In this document: piece by piece, positions 35,151 through 43,367 of the stretch
Position numbering within the stretch: position 1 is the stretch's first letter
How the letters are laid out: every line of letters starts with the position of its first letter
Source of the DNA: Oscillospiraceae bacterium
Lineage (GTDB): Bacteria > Bacillota > Clostridia > Oscillospirales > CAG-272
Reading direction: 5' to 3'
DNA: 64,000 nucleotides
NCBI GenBank assembly: GCA_015064095.1
Contig: SVSW01000002.1
Span: 27,002 to 91,001 of the forward strand
Notes under the pieces: model-generated
What the model was told of the DNA's origin: nothing
The model's database searches: none
The model's input: the letters and a program-made list of their open reading frames with translations, nothing else
Translations under genes and position numbers: made by a program

Positions 35151-35519
35151 ATGACCGACGCCGATCACGCGATGCTTGCCGCCGTTGTCGGCGAGATAAA
35201 CGCGAAAATGAAGGTCGGCTGCACGGGCTGCGGATACTGCATGCCCTGCCCCCGCGGCGTTGACATTCCCGGCACCTTTGCGGCGTACAACCGCCGCTTC
35301 TCCGAAGGCAAATTCTGGGCGCTGCGAGAATATTTTATGTGCACTGCCCTTCGGCAAAACGCTTCCTCTGCCTCCGAATGTATCGGTTGCGGCAAATGCG
35401 AGCGCCATTGCCCACAGGGCATAGAGATCCGCCGGGAGCTGAAACGCGCCGAACGTGAGCTTGAGGGCGCGCTTTATAAGACCGCGAAAAAGGTCGCCCG
35501 AAAATTCGTTAAGTTTTAA
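35151..35519 (+). pseudogene. truncated, diverged second copy of the 3' third (ferredoxin domain) of the aldo/keto reductase gene at 22124-23308
   Basis: The translation MTDADHAMLAAVVGEINAKMKVGCTGCGYCMPCP...KKVARKFVKF is nearly identical to aa approx 272-396 of the 22118 ORF. There is no AKR N-domain, no RBS and no promoter. The track ORF's first approx 27 codons (35070-35150) are unrelated read-in. Confidence 0.8.
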
Positions 35520-35561
35520 AAAACGAGGGTTTTATTAAAAATATAAACAAAGCCGCACGAA

Positions 35562-35600
35562 GGGAGACACTTCGCAAGGAAGTTGTCTCCCTTTATTTTA
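35562..35600 (+). terminator. hairpin/terminator at left edge of AT-rich island
   Basis: GGGAGACA..TGTCTCCC followed by TTTATTTTATTT. Confidence 0.6.
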
Positions 35601-35632
35601 TTTGCTAAGAATCAAATTTCACAGAAAATCCA

Positions 35633-35661
35633 TTGAAAAACCTTGAGTTATATGATATAAT
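35633..35661 (+). promoter_or_regulatory. sigma-A promoter TTGAAA-17-TATAAT for the R-M operon
   Basis: TTGAAA 35633-35638, TATAAT 35656-35661. Confidence 0.55.
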
Positions 35662-35703
35662 GTTTTTGTATAACTATGTTTAGATGAAAGCGAGGTTGAA
35701 CCT

Positions 35704-36552
35704 ATGAATCCAGTTTTAAAATATCGTGGCGGAAAATCTCGTGAAATTCCCCGTTTTCTTCAATACATACCGGATGACTTTAACAGATATATTGAGCCTT
35801 TTTTTGGCGGAGGTGCAGTTTATTTCCATCTTGAACCTGAAAATGCTATTATCAATGATGCTAACGAGCGGTTGATGACCTTTTATTCTCAATTGCGAGA
35901 TCAGTATCCACTTATGCGACAGCAGTTGGACGACATTCAGCGGGTGTATGAGTTGAATCAGGCAGAATATAAGAGAATGAAAGCCTTAACACCCAATGAT
36001 AGAGTTCCTAATGCAAATGAGGAACTTTATTATCGTATGAGAGAACTATTTAATCATCCAGACGATACATATTTAGATGGGGTTTTGTATTTCTTTATCA
36101 ATAAAACCGCCTACTCGGGAATGATTAGATACAATAATAACGGTGATTATAATGTTCCGTTCGGTAGATACCCAAATCTTAACACTCGACTTGTAACACA
36201 ACAACACAGCGAGCTTTTGCAAAACGCAGAATTATTCAATCTTGATTATAGTCATATTTTTGATATGGCGCAAGAAGATGATTTTATCTTTTTAGACCCT
36301 CCATACGATTGTGTTTTTAATGACTATGGAAACATCGATATGATGAATGGTTTTGATGAAGCGGAGCATATACGTTTAGCGGATGATTTTAGAAATCTTC
36401 CATGTAGAGCGTTGATGATTATTGGGAAAACTCCTCTCACCGAAGAATTATATGGTGATTTCATTTTTGATGAGTATTACAAAAACTATGCGGTAAACAT
36501 TAGAAATCGTTTCAAGAACGATAAAATGCATATCGTAGTAAAAAATTATTGA
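35704..36552 (+). CDS. Dam-family (D12 class) site-specific DNA adenine N6-methyltransferase
   Basis: KYRGGKS, EPFFGGGAV (SAM binding) and the catalytic DPPY are present. Codon usage is AT-rich and unlike the flanks. Confidence 0.9.
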   Translation: MNPVLKYRGGKSREIPRFLQYIPDDFNRYIEPFFGGGAVYFHLEPENAIINDANERLMTFYSQLRDQYPLMRQQLDDIQRVYELNQAEYKRMKALTPNDRVPNANEELYYRMRELFNHPDDTYLDGVLYFFINKTAYSGMIRYNNNGDYNVPFGRYPNLNTRLVTQQHSELLQNAELFNLDYSHIFDMAQEDDFIFLDPPYDCVFNDYGNIDMMNGFDEAEHIRLADDFRNLPCRALMIIGKTPLTEELYGDFIFDEYYKNYAVNIRNRFKNDKMHIVVKNY

Positions 36553-36562
36553 GGTAATAGGC

Positions 36563-38251
36563 ATGGCAAGACTGGACAATAAAGTTTTGTTTTTTACAAC
36601 TTCACCACGAACTCCGGCAAAGATGATCCCTGAAATTGGATTGCTTTGTGATAAATTCGAAGGAAAACCATGGAATAGAATTACACAAGAACAATATATT
36701 GATGAACTTGCGGAAAGTAACTTTTTCGAGGGAACAGGCTCCCCATCTGATAAAGCATTTAGTGCGCGTGATAGAATAAATCGTGCTCCTAAAGCATTAG
36801 GTTTTGTCGACTTGAAACCAAATATTGCACTAACCGATGCTGGTCGTGCTTTAATTTCGGGAAAAAGACCGCAAGAGATTTTTCTGCGTCAATTACTCAA
36901 ATTTCAATTACCTTCACCGTATCACACAGAAAACACCAAAATAAGCGGTACATTTTTTGTGCGTCCATATTTGGAAGTATTGCGATTAATCTATGACCTT
37001 GAATATTTAACCTTTGATGAGTTAAAAATCTTTGCTGTTCAAATCACAGACTATCATAGGTATGAAGAAGTTAAAGATAAAATCTTGAATTTCAGAAAAG
37101 ATAAAGAGTTACATCGTGGACAGTATAAACGATTTATAAATGATGTATGGACAAATGCCGTCTTAGAAATTCATAATGACAGAATTGCCGAAGGTAGAAC
37201 AAGGACAAGAGAAACAAGAGATGCCAGCATAAATACCTTTGTGAAAACTCAAAAAGGGAATATGCGGGATTATGCTGATGCTTGTTTTAGATATTTGAGA
37301 TTTACCGGACTTGTATCCATCGCACACAAAAGCAGGACGATTTCAATTTTCGATGACAAAAAGAGAGATGTTGAATTTATCCTTGTTAATGTCAATCGTA
37401 ACCCTGTTTTCGTGGATGATGAGGATAATTATAAAGCACATTTATTCGATGCTACCACTCCCGAACTATATACAGACAATGTTGAGAATATTATAGATGT
37501 TATTCTTCGCATGAGTAAGTTGACAAGACGTGATTTGGCGGGCTACGATATTGAATCACTAAAAAATTTGCGAGATGACATTGTAGCTCAACACAAAGAA
37601 AATGTTATTCACGAACAAATTGCTGAAATTAAGTCATATGCACTATATTCAGAAATAATCGATACGTTTAACGAAATCGTTTCGGATGAATATTATGATG
37701 CTCCGCTTATGTTTGAGTATAATACTTGGCGGGCCATGACTATGCTTGATGGTGGTAATATTAAAGGCAACTTCAAATTTGATGATATTGGTCAGCCTTT
37801 GTCTACCGCATCTGGGAATATGCCGGATATTGAGTGCGATTATGATGATTTTTCTTTGGCTGTAGAAGTTACGCTACAGTCTGGACAGCGACAGTACGAA
37901 GCCGAAGGAGAACCTGTCGCACGTCATTATGGTCAGTTAAAGAAAAAGTCCGGTAAAGATACTTATTGCTTATTCATTGCGCCGACAATCAATGCAGCAA
38001 CATTGGCTCACTTCTACGGACTGAATCATTTATCAATCGCTCTTTATGGTGGAAAATCTAAGATAATACCGCTTGAATTAGATCAGTTTATGAAGCTTGT
38101 TGAAAATTCATATAGTTATAAAACTCAACCTACACCGACTGACATTCGTCATTTTCTCGATGGCGCTTTGAAATTATGTGAAAAAGCAGTTGATGAAAAT
38201 AATTGGCGCTGTGGCATTCAAGCCTGTGTTGATATGTGGTTAGCATCATAG
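36563..38251 (+). CDS. AlwI/BstNBI/PleI-family type II(S) restriction endonuclease
   Basis: The translation shares block patterns I recall from this family: TSPRTPAKMIPE..FEGKPW, FSARDRINRAPKALGFV, FLRQLLKFQLPSP, MRDYADACFRYLRFTGL, ASGNMPDIE..VEVT..GQRQYEAEGEPVARHY and LFIAP. Confidence 0.75.
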   Translation: MARLDNKVLFFTTSPRTPAKMIPEIGLLCDKFEGKPWNRITQEQYIDELAESNFFEGTGSPSDKAFSARDRINRAPKALGFVDLKPNIALTDAGRALISGKRPQEIFLRQLLKFQLPSPYHTENTKISGTFFVRPYLEVLRLIYDLEYLTFDELKIFAVQITDYHRYEEVKDKILNFRKDKELHRGQYKRFINDVWTNAVLEIHNDRIAEGRTRTRETRDASINTFVKTQKGNMRDYADACFRYLRFTGLVSIAHKSRTISIFDDKKRDVEFILVNVNRNPVFVDDEDNYKAHLFDATTPELYTDNVENIIDVILRMSKLTRRDLAGYDIESLKNLRDDIVAQHKENVIHEQIAEIKSYALYSEIIDTFNEIVSDEYYDAPLMFEYNTWRAMTMLDGGNIKGNFKFDDIGQPLSTASGNMPDIECDYDDFSLAVEVTLQSGQRQYEAEGEPVARHYGQLKKKSGKDTYCLFIAPTINAATLAHFYGLNHLSIALYGGKSKIIPLELDQFMKLVENSYSYKTQPTPTDIRHFLDGALKLCEKAVDENNWRCGIQACVDMWLAS

Positions 38252-38285
38252 CGTTTATATTCAAACGGTTTAACGCAAACCATTC

Positions 38286-38316
38286 AAAGCTCGTCGTTTT
38301 TCGACGAGCTTTCTTT
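38286..38316 (+). terminator. rho-independent terminator of the R-M operon
   Basis: AAAGCTCGTCG-TTTT-TCGACGAGCTTT followed by CTTT. Confidence 0.7.
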
Positions 38317-38540
38317 AAATTAATGCGAAATCTCATGCAAAACCCTCGGTCACCTTTACACGAAACATACATGAAAGTGTCATAGTAGGTTACACACTTT
38401 CAAAAGGGGTGTAACAATAAAAAGCGGAACAGCCAATAACTATACCGCATAACGAAATCAATTATTCAGTTTAGATACAAGAGCCACCCATTTGGTCCCC
38501 CTCTCTCCGAAAGGAAGGCTTTTTGGCTTTCCGTAGAACA

Positions 38541-38577
38541 AAAAAGAGCCCCCCTTTTTAAGAGAGGCTCTTTTTTT
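38541..38577 (-). terminator. terminator downstream of the aro operon
   Basis: AGAGCC..GGCTCT stem flanked by an A-run and a T-run. Confidence 0.65.
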
Positions 38578-38582
38578 CGTTT

Positions 38583-39608
38583 TTATAATTTATCCGCGAT
38601 GTCGTAGATAAGTCTTTCCGTCTTTTCCCAGCCGAGGCACGGGTCGGTGATCGACTTGCCGTATACGTCGTTTTCATCGATCTTCTGGCAGCCGTCCTCG
38701 ATATAGCTCTCGATCATAAGTCCCTTGACGAGCGAACGGATATCGTTCGAGTGCGTCAGGCTGTAAAGAACGTCCTTCGATATTCTTATCTGCTCCTCGT
38801 ACTTCTTGCCCGAATTTGCGTGGTTCGTATCGATCACGACACCCGGATTTTTAAGACCCGACGCGGCATAAAGACCGTGAAGCGAAATAAGATCCTCATA
38901 GTGATAGTTCGGCATTGATTTGCCGTGCTTATCGACGTATCCGCGCAAGATCGCGTGAGCGTACTCGTTTCCCGACGAGTTGACCTCCCAGCCGCGATAA
39001 ATGAACGTGTGCGCGTGCTGTGCCGCCGTGATCGCGTTCATCATGACCGAAAGATCGCCGCCCGTTGGATTTTTCATGCCGACGGGGATATCAAGTCCGC
39101 TTGCCGTCAGGCGGTGGTCCTGATTTTCCACCGAGCGCGCACCGATCGCAACGTACGACAGAAGATCCGAAAGATAACGGTAGTTCGCAGGGTAAAGCAT
39201 CTCATCGGCACAGCAGAGCCCCGTTTCCGTCAGAGCGCGGATATGCAGGTGGCGGATCGACACGATCCCCTTCAGCATATCGGGCTTTTCCATCGGATCG
39301 GGCTGGTGGAGCATTCCCTTATAGCCGTCACCCGTCGTTCTCGGCTTATTCGTGTAGATACGCGGGATTATAACTATTTTATCCTCGACCTTCTCCTGAA
39401 CGCGCGCTAAGCGGTGGATATAATCCATAACTGCGTCCTCTCGGTCTGCCGAGCACGGCCCGATGACGAGCGCGAATTTATTTGATTCGCCCGTAAATAT
39501 CTTCTTTATCTCCTCGTCGCGCGCGGCTTTTTTCTCTGCCGCCTCGGCTGAAAGGGGGTACATTTCTTTTATTTCCTTCGGTATCGGGAGTTTTCTTACG
39601 AATTCCAT
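38583..39608 (-). CDS. 3-deoxy-7-phosphoheptulonate (DAHP) synthase, class I (AroF/G/H-like)
   Basis: 341 aa with VIGPCSADRED, IIPRIYTNKPRTT..GYKGMLHQPDP and IESYIEDG. Confidence 0.9.
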   Translation of the reverse strand: MEFVRKLPIPKEIKEMYPLSAEAAEKKAARDEEIKKIFTGESNKFALVIGPCSADREDAVMDYIHRLARVQEKVEDKIVIIPRIYTNKPRTTGDGYKGMLHQPDPMEKPDMLKGIVSIRHLHIRALTETGLCCADEMLYPANYRYLSDLLSYVAIGARSVENQDHRLTASGLDIPVGMKNPTGGDLSVMMNAITAAQHAHTFIYRGWEVNSSGNEYAHAILRGYVDKHGKSMPNYHYEDLISLHGLYAASGLKNPGVVIDTNHANSGKKYEEQIRISKDVLYSLTHSNDIRSLVKGLMIESYIEDGCQKIDENDVYGKSITDPCLGWEKTERLIYDIADKL

Positions 39609-39635
39609 TTTTATTATTCTCCTATGCTTTAATTT

Positions 39636-40493
39636 TTATTTTTTATCGAAAAGCGTGCGGCGTGCGCCGGCTTTTCTCATCGTTTCCTGCATTTTTTCGC
39701 GTTCTCCGACGGCGAGCGCTGCGCGAAATCTCTCAAATTCCGCGGAAAACGCGTCCATCTGTTCGAGCAGCTTTTCGCGGTTCAAAAGGAAAAGCTCGCT
39801 CCACATGACGTCGTTTATCTTCGAGATCCTCGTGAGATCTCGGAACGAGTCGCCCGTGTATTTCTCAAGTCCCTCTTTTTCGTTGCATGTCATAAGAGTG
39901 ACTGCTATGACGTGCGTGAGCTGTGAAAGAAACGCGATCATTTCATCGTGCTCTGCCGGCGTAAGCTCGCTGATCCTCGAAAAGCCGAGCTCCTCGCCGA
40001 GCTTCTTTGCAAGCTCGACTGCCTCTTTCGTGTTCTTCTTTGTTGGGGTGACAATAAAGTTCGCGCCCTCGAAGACCCGATCGTCGGCGTACTCCACTCC
40101 GCTTCGCTCGCGGCCTGCCATCGGGTGCGCGGCGATAAACTCAACGTCGGGACGCAAAATGCTTTGCACCCGCCCGACGATCTCCCCCTTTACGCCCGTG
40201 ACGTCCGTGATAACGGTGTTCGGCGAGAGCAGCTGCTGGTTTTTCTCGATCCACTCGACGAACGCGCCGGGATACAGCGCGAAGATAACGAGCTCTGCCT
40301 CGGCTATCATTTTTTCGTCGATGCCCACTTCTCCTTTGTTTATTATTCCTTTTTCCTTTGCGAACTCAATATCCTCTTGTCGCAAGGTCAAGGCGTTGAC
40401 GGTATATCCTCAGCGCGACAGCGCCATGGCGTAGCTTCCGCCCATCAGTCCGAGTCCGACTATTAAAATATTCGTATTTTTATCAAGCTTCAT
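39636..40493 (-). pseudogene. tyrA: prephenate dehydrogenase interrupted by a single in-frame TGA at codon 28
   Basis: ATG (complement of 40491-40493) gives MKLDKNTNILIVGLGLMGGSYAMALSR, then TGA (complement of 40410-40412). The same frame continues GYTVNALTLRQEDIEFAKEKG... for 257 codons to the stop at 39636. The track shows only the 251-aa ORF restarting at TTG 40391. Confidence 0.75.
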
Positions 40494-41697
40494 ATGTCTT
40501 TATCTCTATTCCAAGTGATGCAAGTTTCGCAAAAAAGTCGGGAAAGCTCTTTGCAACGGCCTCCGCGCCGTTTATAACTCCGCCCGTTTTGGTGCAAAGC
40601 ACCGAAAGCGCCATCACTATCCTATGATCGTTATGGCCGCACAGCTCCTCCTTCGGCGCGTGCAGGCTCGCAGGATATACGACCACCGAATCTCCCTTTA
40701 CCTTAACCGCAGTGCCGAATTTTCGAAGCTCCGCCGCCATTGCCTCGGCGCGATCGCTCTCCTTTATTTTAAGACGTGCCGTGCCTGTGAAGATTCCGCC
40801 GTGCTTTGCCGCTGCCGCCGCGAACAAAACGGGTCCGAGGTCGGGGCAATCGCCGATATGCACCGTCGGTATCCCCAGATCAAGCATTTTTAAATAATCG
40901 CCGCACACGCTGTCGCCCTGAAGGCTGCCCCGGCGCAAGCCGTCGATCTCGACCTCGCCGCCGAGCGTATTCAGCGCCGAAAAGAACGAAGCTCCCGAAT
41001 AGTCGCCCTCGACCTCGGTGACGCGCGGCATATATTTTTGACCGCCTGCGATCTTTATTTTATGGTCGCCCTCGAATTTTACGCTCACGCCGAACTCGGC
41101 AAGCGATGCGACCGTCATATCTATATACGGACGGCTCACAACGGGCGGCGTAAGCTCGATCTCACTGTCACCGTCAAGCAGCGGCAACGAGAAAAGAAGG
41201 CCGCTGACGAACTGGCTGCTTATGTCGCCTGCTATAATATACTTTCCCGATCTCAGCGGTCCGCGAAGGACGACCGAGGTTTTATCCTGGGAAAAAACGA
41301 GATCTTTCTCCTTTGCCAGCTTTGAATAGACGCTCATGGGCCGCGCAAGCAACGACGGTGCACCCGTCATTATCACGTTCTTGCCCGAAAGCCACGCAAG
41401 CGGCGTTAAAAATCTGAACGTGCTTCCGCTTTCGCGGCAGGAAAGCGCCTCCCGCGGCGCGGCGGTCATTATATCAGTCCCGTGAACGCGGACGTTTCCG
41501 TTTTCGTATTCAAATCGCGCGCCGAGTGCCGTCAGGCAGTCTATCGTTGCTCTGACGTCGTCGCAATCCGAAACGCCGCGCACGACACTCTCTCCCTGTG
41601 CCAGCGCGGCGCAGATGAGCAGGCGGTGCGCCATGCTCTTTGACGGGGGTGCTGAGATCCTCCCGACCGCGCGCGAGGGGTTTATTTTTACTTTCAT
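40483..41697 (-). CDS. aroA: 3-phosphoshikimate 1-carboxyvinyltransferase (EPSP synthase)
   Basis: PSKSMAHRLLICAAL, then the LFAAAAA..GG region and DHRIVMAL. The start is at ATG 41697. Confidence 0.92.
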   Translation of the reverse strand: MKVKINPSRAVGRISAPPSKSMAHRLLICAALAQGESVVRGVSDCDDVRATIDCLTALGARFEYENGNVRVHGTDIMTAAPREALSCRESGSTFRFLTPLAWLSGKNVIMTGAPSLLARPMSVYSKLAKEKDLVFSQDKTSVVLRGPLRSGKYIIAGDISSQFVSGLLFSLPLLDGDSEIELTPPVVSRPYIDMTVASLAEFGVSVKFEGDHKIKIAGGQKYMPRVTEVEGDYSGASFFSALNTLGGEVEIDGLRRGSLQGDSVCGDYLKMLDLGIPTVHIGDCPDLGPVLFAAAAAKHGGIFTGTARLKIKESDRAEAMAAELRKFGTAVKVKGDSVVVYPASLHAPKEELCGHNDHRIVMALSVLCTKTGGVINGAEAVAKSFPDFFAKLASLGIEIKTYEA

Positions 41698-41701
41698 TTC
41701 C

Positions 41702-42130
41702 TTACCTGCCCAAAAGAATGTCCAAAGCCTCAAGATATCCGTCTGTTCCCTTGCCCTTTACGGTGGCGATACATTCGTCGCGTACGTAGCTCACCTGACG
41801 GAAGTCTTCCCTGTCTTCCACCTTCGAGATATGCACCTCGACTGTCGGTATCTTCACGGCGGCGAGCGCATCACGCAGAGCAACTGACGTGTGAGTATAA
41901 GCGCCGGGGTTTATGACTATCCCGTCGGTCTTTTCAAAATACGCCGCCTGTATCCTATCGACGAGCGCGCCCTCGTGGTTCGACTGATATATCTCGACCG
42001 TGACGCCTCGCTCCGCGGCGTGAAATTCCACCTTTCGGCAAAGCTCGGCATAGGTCTCTTTTCCGTAAATATCAGGCTCGCGTATCCCGAGCATATTTAT
42101 ATTAGGTCCGTTTATGACTAATATCTTCAT
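41702..42130 (-). CDS. aroQ: type II 3-dehydroquinate dehydratase
   Basis: MKILVINGPNINMLGIREPDIYG and NPGAYTHTSVALRDA motifs. Confidence 0.92.
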   Translation of the reverse strand: MKILVINGPNINMLGIREPDIYGKETYAELCRKVEFHAAERGVTVEIYQSNHEGALVDRIQAAYFEKTDGIVINPGAYTHTSVALRDALAAVKIPTVEVHISKVEDREDFRQVSYVRDECIATVKGKGTDGYLEALDILLGR

Positions 42131-43365
42131 TTTAAAAAATCCTCTTCTATTTTATTTACCGTGTGCTCTACCGACTCGTCGGTGACTACTCTTACGTCGG
42201 ACGTCGACACGTATATTCCGTATCTTTCCGCGTAGCGCTTTCTTATCGCCTCGGCGCTCGATGCCGTCGGTCTGTTTTCTGTCGGAACGAGCTTTTCGAT
42301 CGCGCGGTCAAGAAAATATATCCTTCCGCTTCTTTTCAGCGCGCGTACGTTTTCCTGCCTCAATATCGCGCCACCGCCCGTGGCTATGACAGCTCCCGTG
42401 ACCGTGTTCGCCGTTTGTCGTACGACATCGCTCTCGATTTCGCGAAAGCCCGCCTCGCCGCACTCGGCGAAGATATCACTGATCTTTTTGCCCGTTTTTT
42501 TCTCTATCAGCACGTCGGTATCGTAAAATTCGCGCCCGAGTTTTATCGCAAGCGCCCGTCCGACCGTCGTTTTTCCCGATGCGGGCATTCCCGTCAAAAC
42601 TATATTTTCTTTATCCGATCTTATTTTTGCATAGATCTTCTCGGTCGGCGCGTCCGCCTCATTGCCGACGAACAGACGCGACGCACGAACTCCCTGCGAA
42701 ACGAGCATATAAAGTCCGCCCTCCGCCGCTATTCCTCTTTCCTTTGCGTTCAGGACAAGATCCGTGCGAAGCGGATTATAGACCGCGTCCAAAACTCCCG
42801 AAAGGCGCTCAAAATGCGATATATCTATCGCGCAGCCGTCGGGGTTCGGGAACATTCCGCACGGGGTGGTATTTATTATCACCTCGGCGTCCGAGTGGTT
42901 CTTCACCGCCTCGCCGTACGTTATCACGCCTTCGCCCGCGCTTCGGCTGACTGTCAATATCTCCCTTGCGCCAAGCTCTGAGCAGACGGCTCTTGCGGTC
43001 CTTGACGTGCCGCCCGTGCCGAGTATCAACACTTTTTTGCCGTAAAGCTCGATGCCTGCGTGGGCGATCAGCTCCGAAAGGCCGTAAAAATCGGTATTAT
43101 ATCCGTAAAGCTTGCCGCCGCGATTGACAACGGTATTGACCGCGCCGATATTTTTTGCGCGTGCGTCGATCTCGTGAAGGAACGGTATGACCGCCTGCTT
43201 ATACGGGATCGTGACGTTCACGGCGCAAAAATCCGCAGCTCTCATAAAGCCTTCAAGCTCGCTCGGTGCAAGCTCGCAAAGCTCGTATTCATAATCGGCG
43301 CACGCCGCGTGAATCTCGCGCGAAAAGCTGTGACCCAGCCTCTCGCCGATAAGTCCGTATTTCAT
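42127..43365 (-). CDS. bifunctional shikimate dehydrogenase / shikimate kinase fusion
   Basis: The N-terminal AroE part has GERLGHSFS, NVTIPYK and NTD. The C-terminal AroK part has the P-loop GMPASGKTTVGRALA and DTD. The start is at ATG 43365. Confidence 0.88.
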   Translation of the reverse strand: MKYGLIGERLGHSFSREIHAACADYEYELCELAPSELEGFMRAADFCAVNVTIPYKQAVIPFLHEIDARAKNIGAVNTVVNRGGKLYGYNTDFYGLSELIAHAGIELYGKKVLILGTGGTSRTARAVCSELGAREILTVSRSAGEGVITYGEAVKNHSDAEVIINTTPCGMFPNPDGCAIDISHFERLSGVLDAVYNPLRTDLVLNAKERGIAAEGGLYMLVSQGVRASRLFVGNEADAPTEKIYAKIRSDKENIVLTGMPASGKTTVGRALAIKLGREFYDTDVLIEKKTGKKISDIFAECGEAGFREIESDVVRQTANTVTGAVIATGGGAILRQENVRALKRSGRIYFLDRAIEKLVPTENRPTASSAEAIRKRYAERYGIYVSTSDVRVVTDESVEHTVNKIEEDFLK

Positions 43366-43367
43366 CT

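Noticed and set aside
23309-38580. Treating the whole interval between the two reductase 3'-end copies (or the R-M island) as an integrative mobile element
   Set aside because: No integrase, recombinase, transposase or terminal inverted/direct att-like repeats were found. The 12 kb between the copies carries core genes (birA, rsmI, holA). Only the repeat itself and the AT-rich islands are reported.
40410-40412. TGA in tyrA as selenocysteine or as evidence for genetic code 4/25
   Set aside because: I see no SECIS-like hairpin immediately downstream. The position is not a redox-active residue. TGA terminates several well-defined genes in this same window directly before the next gene's start.
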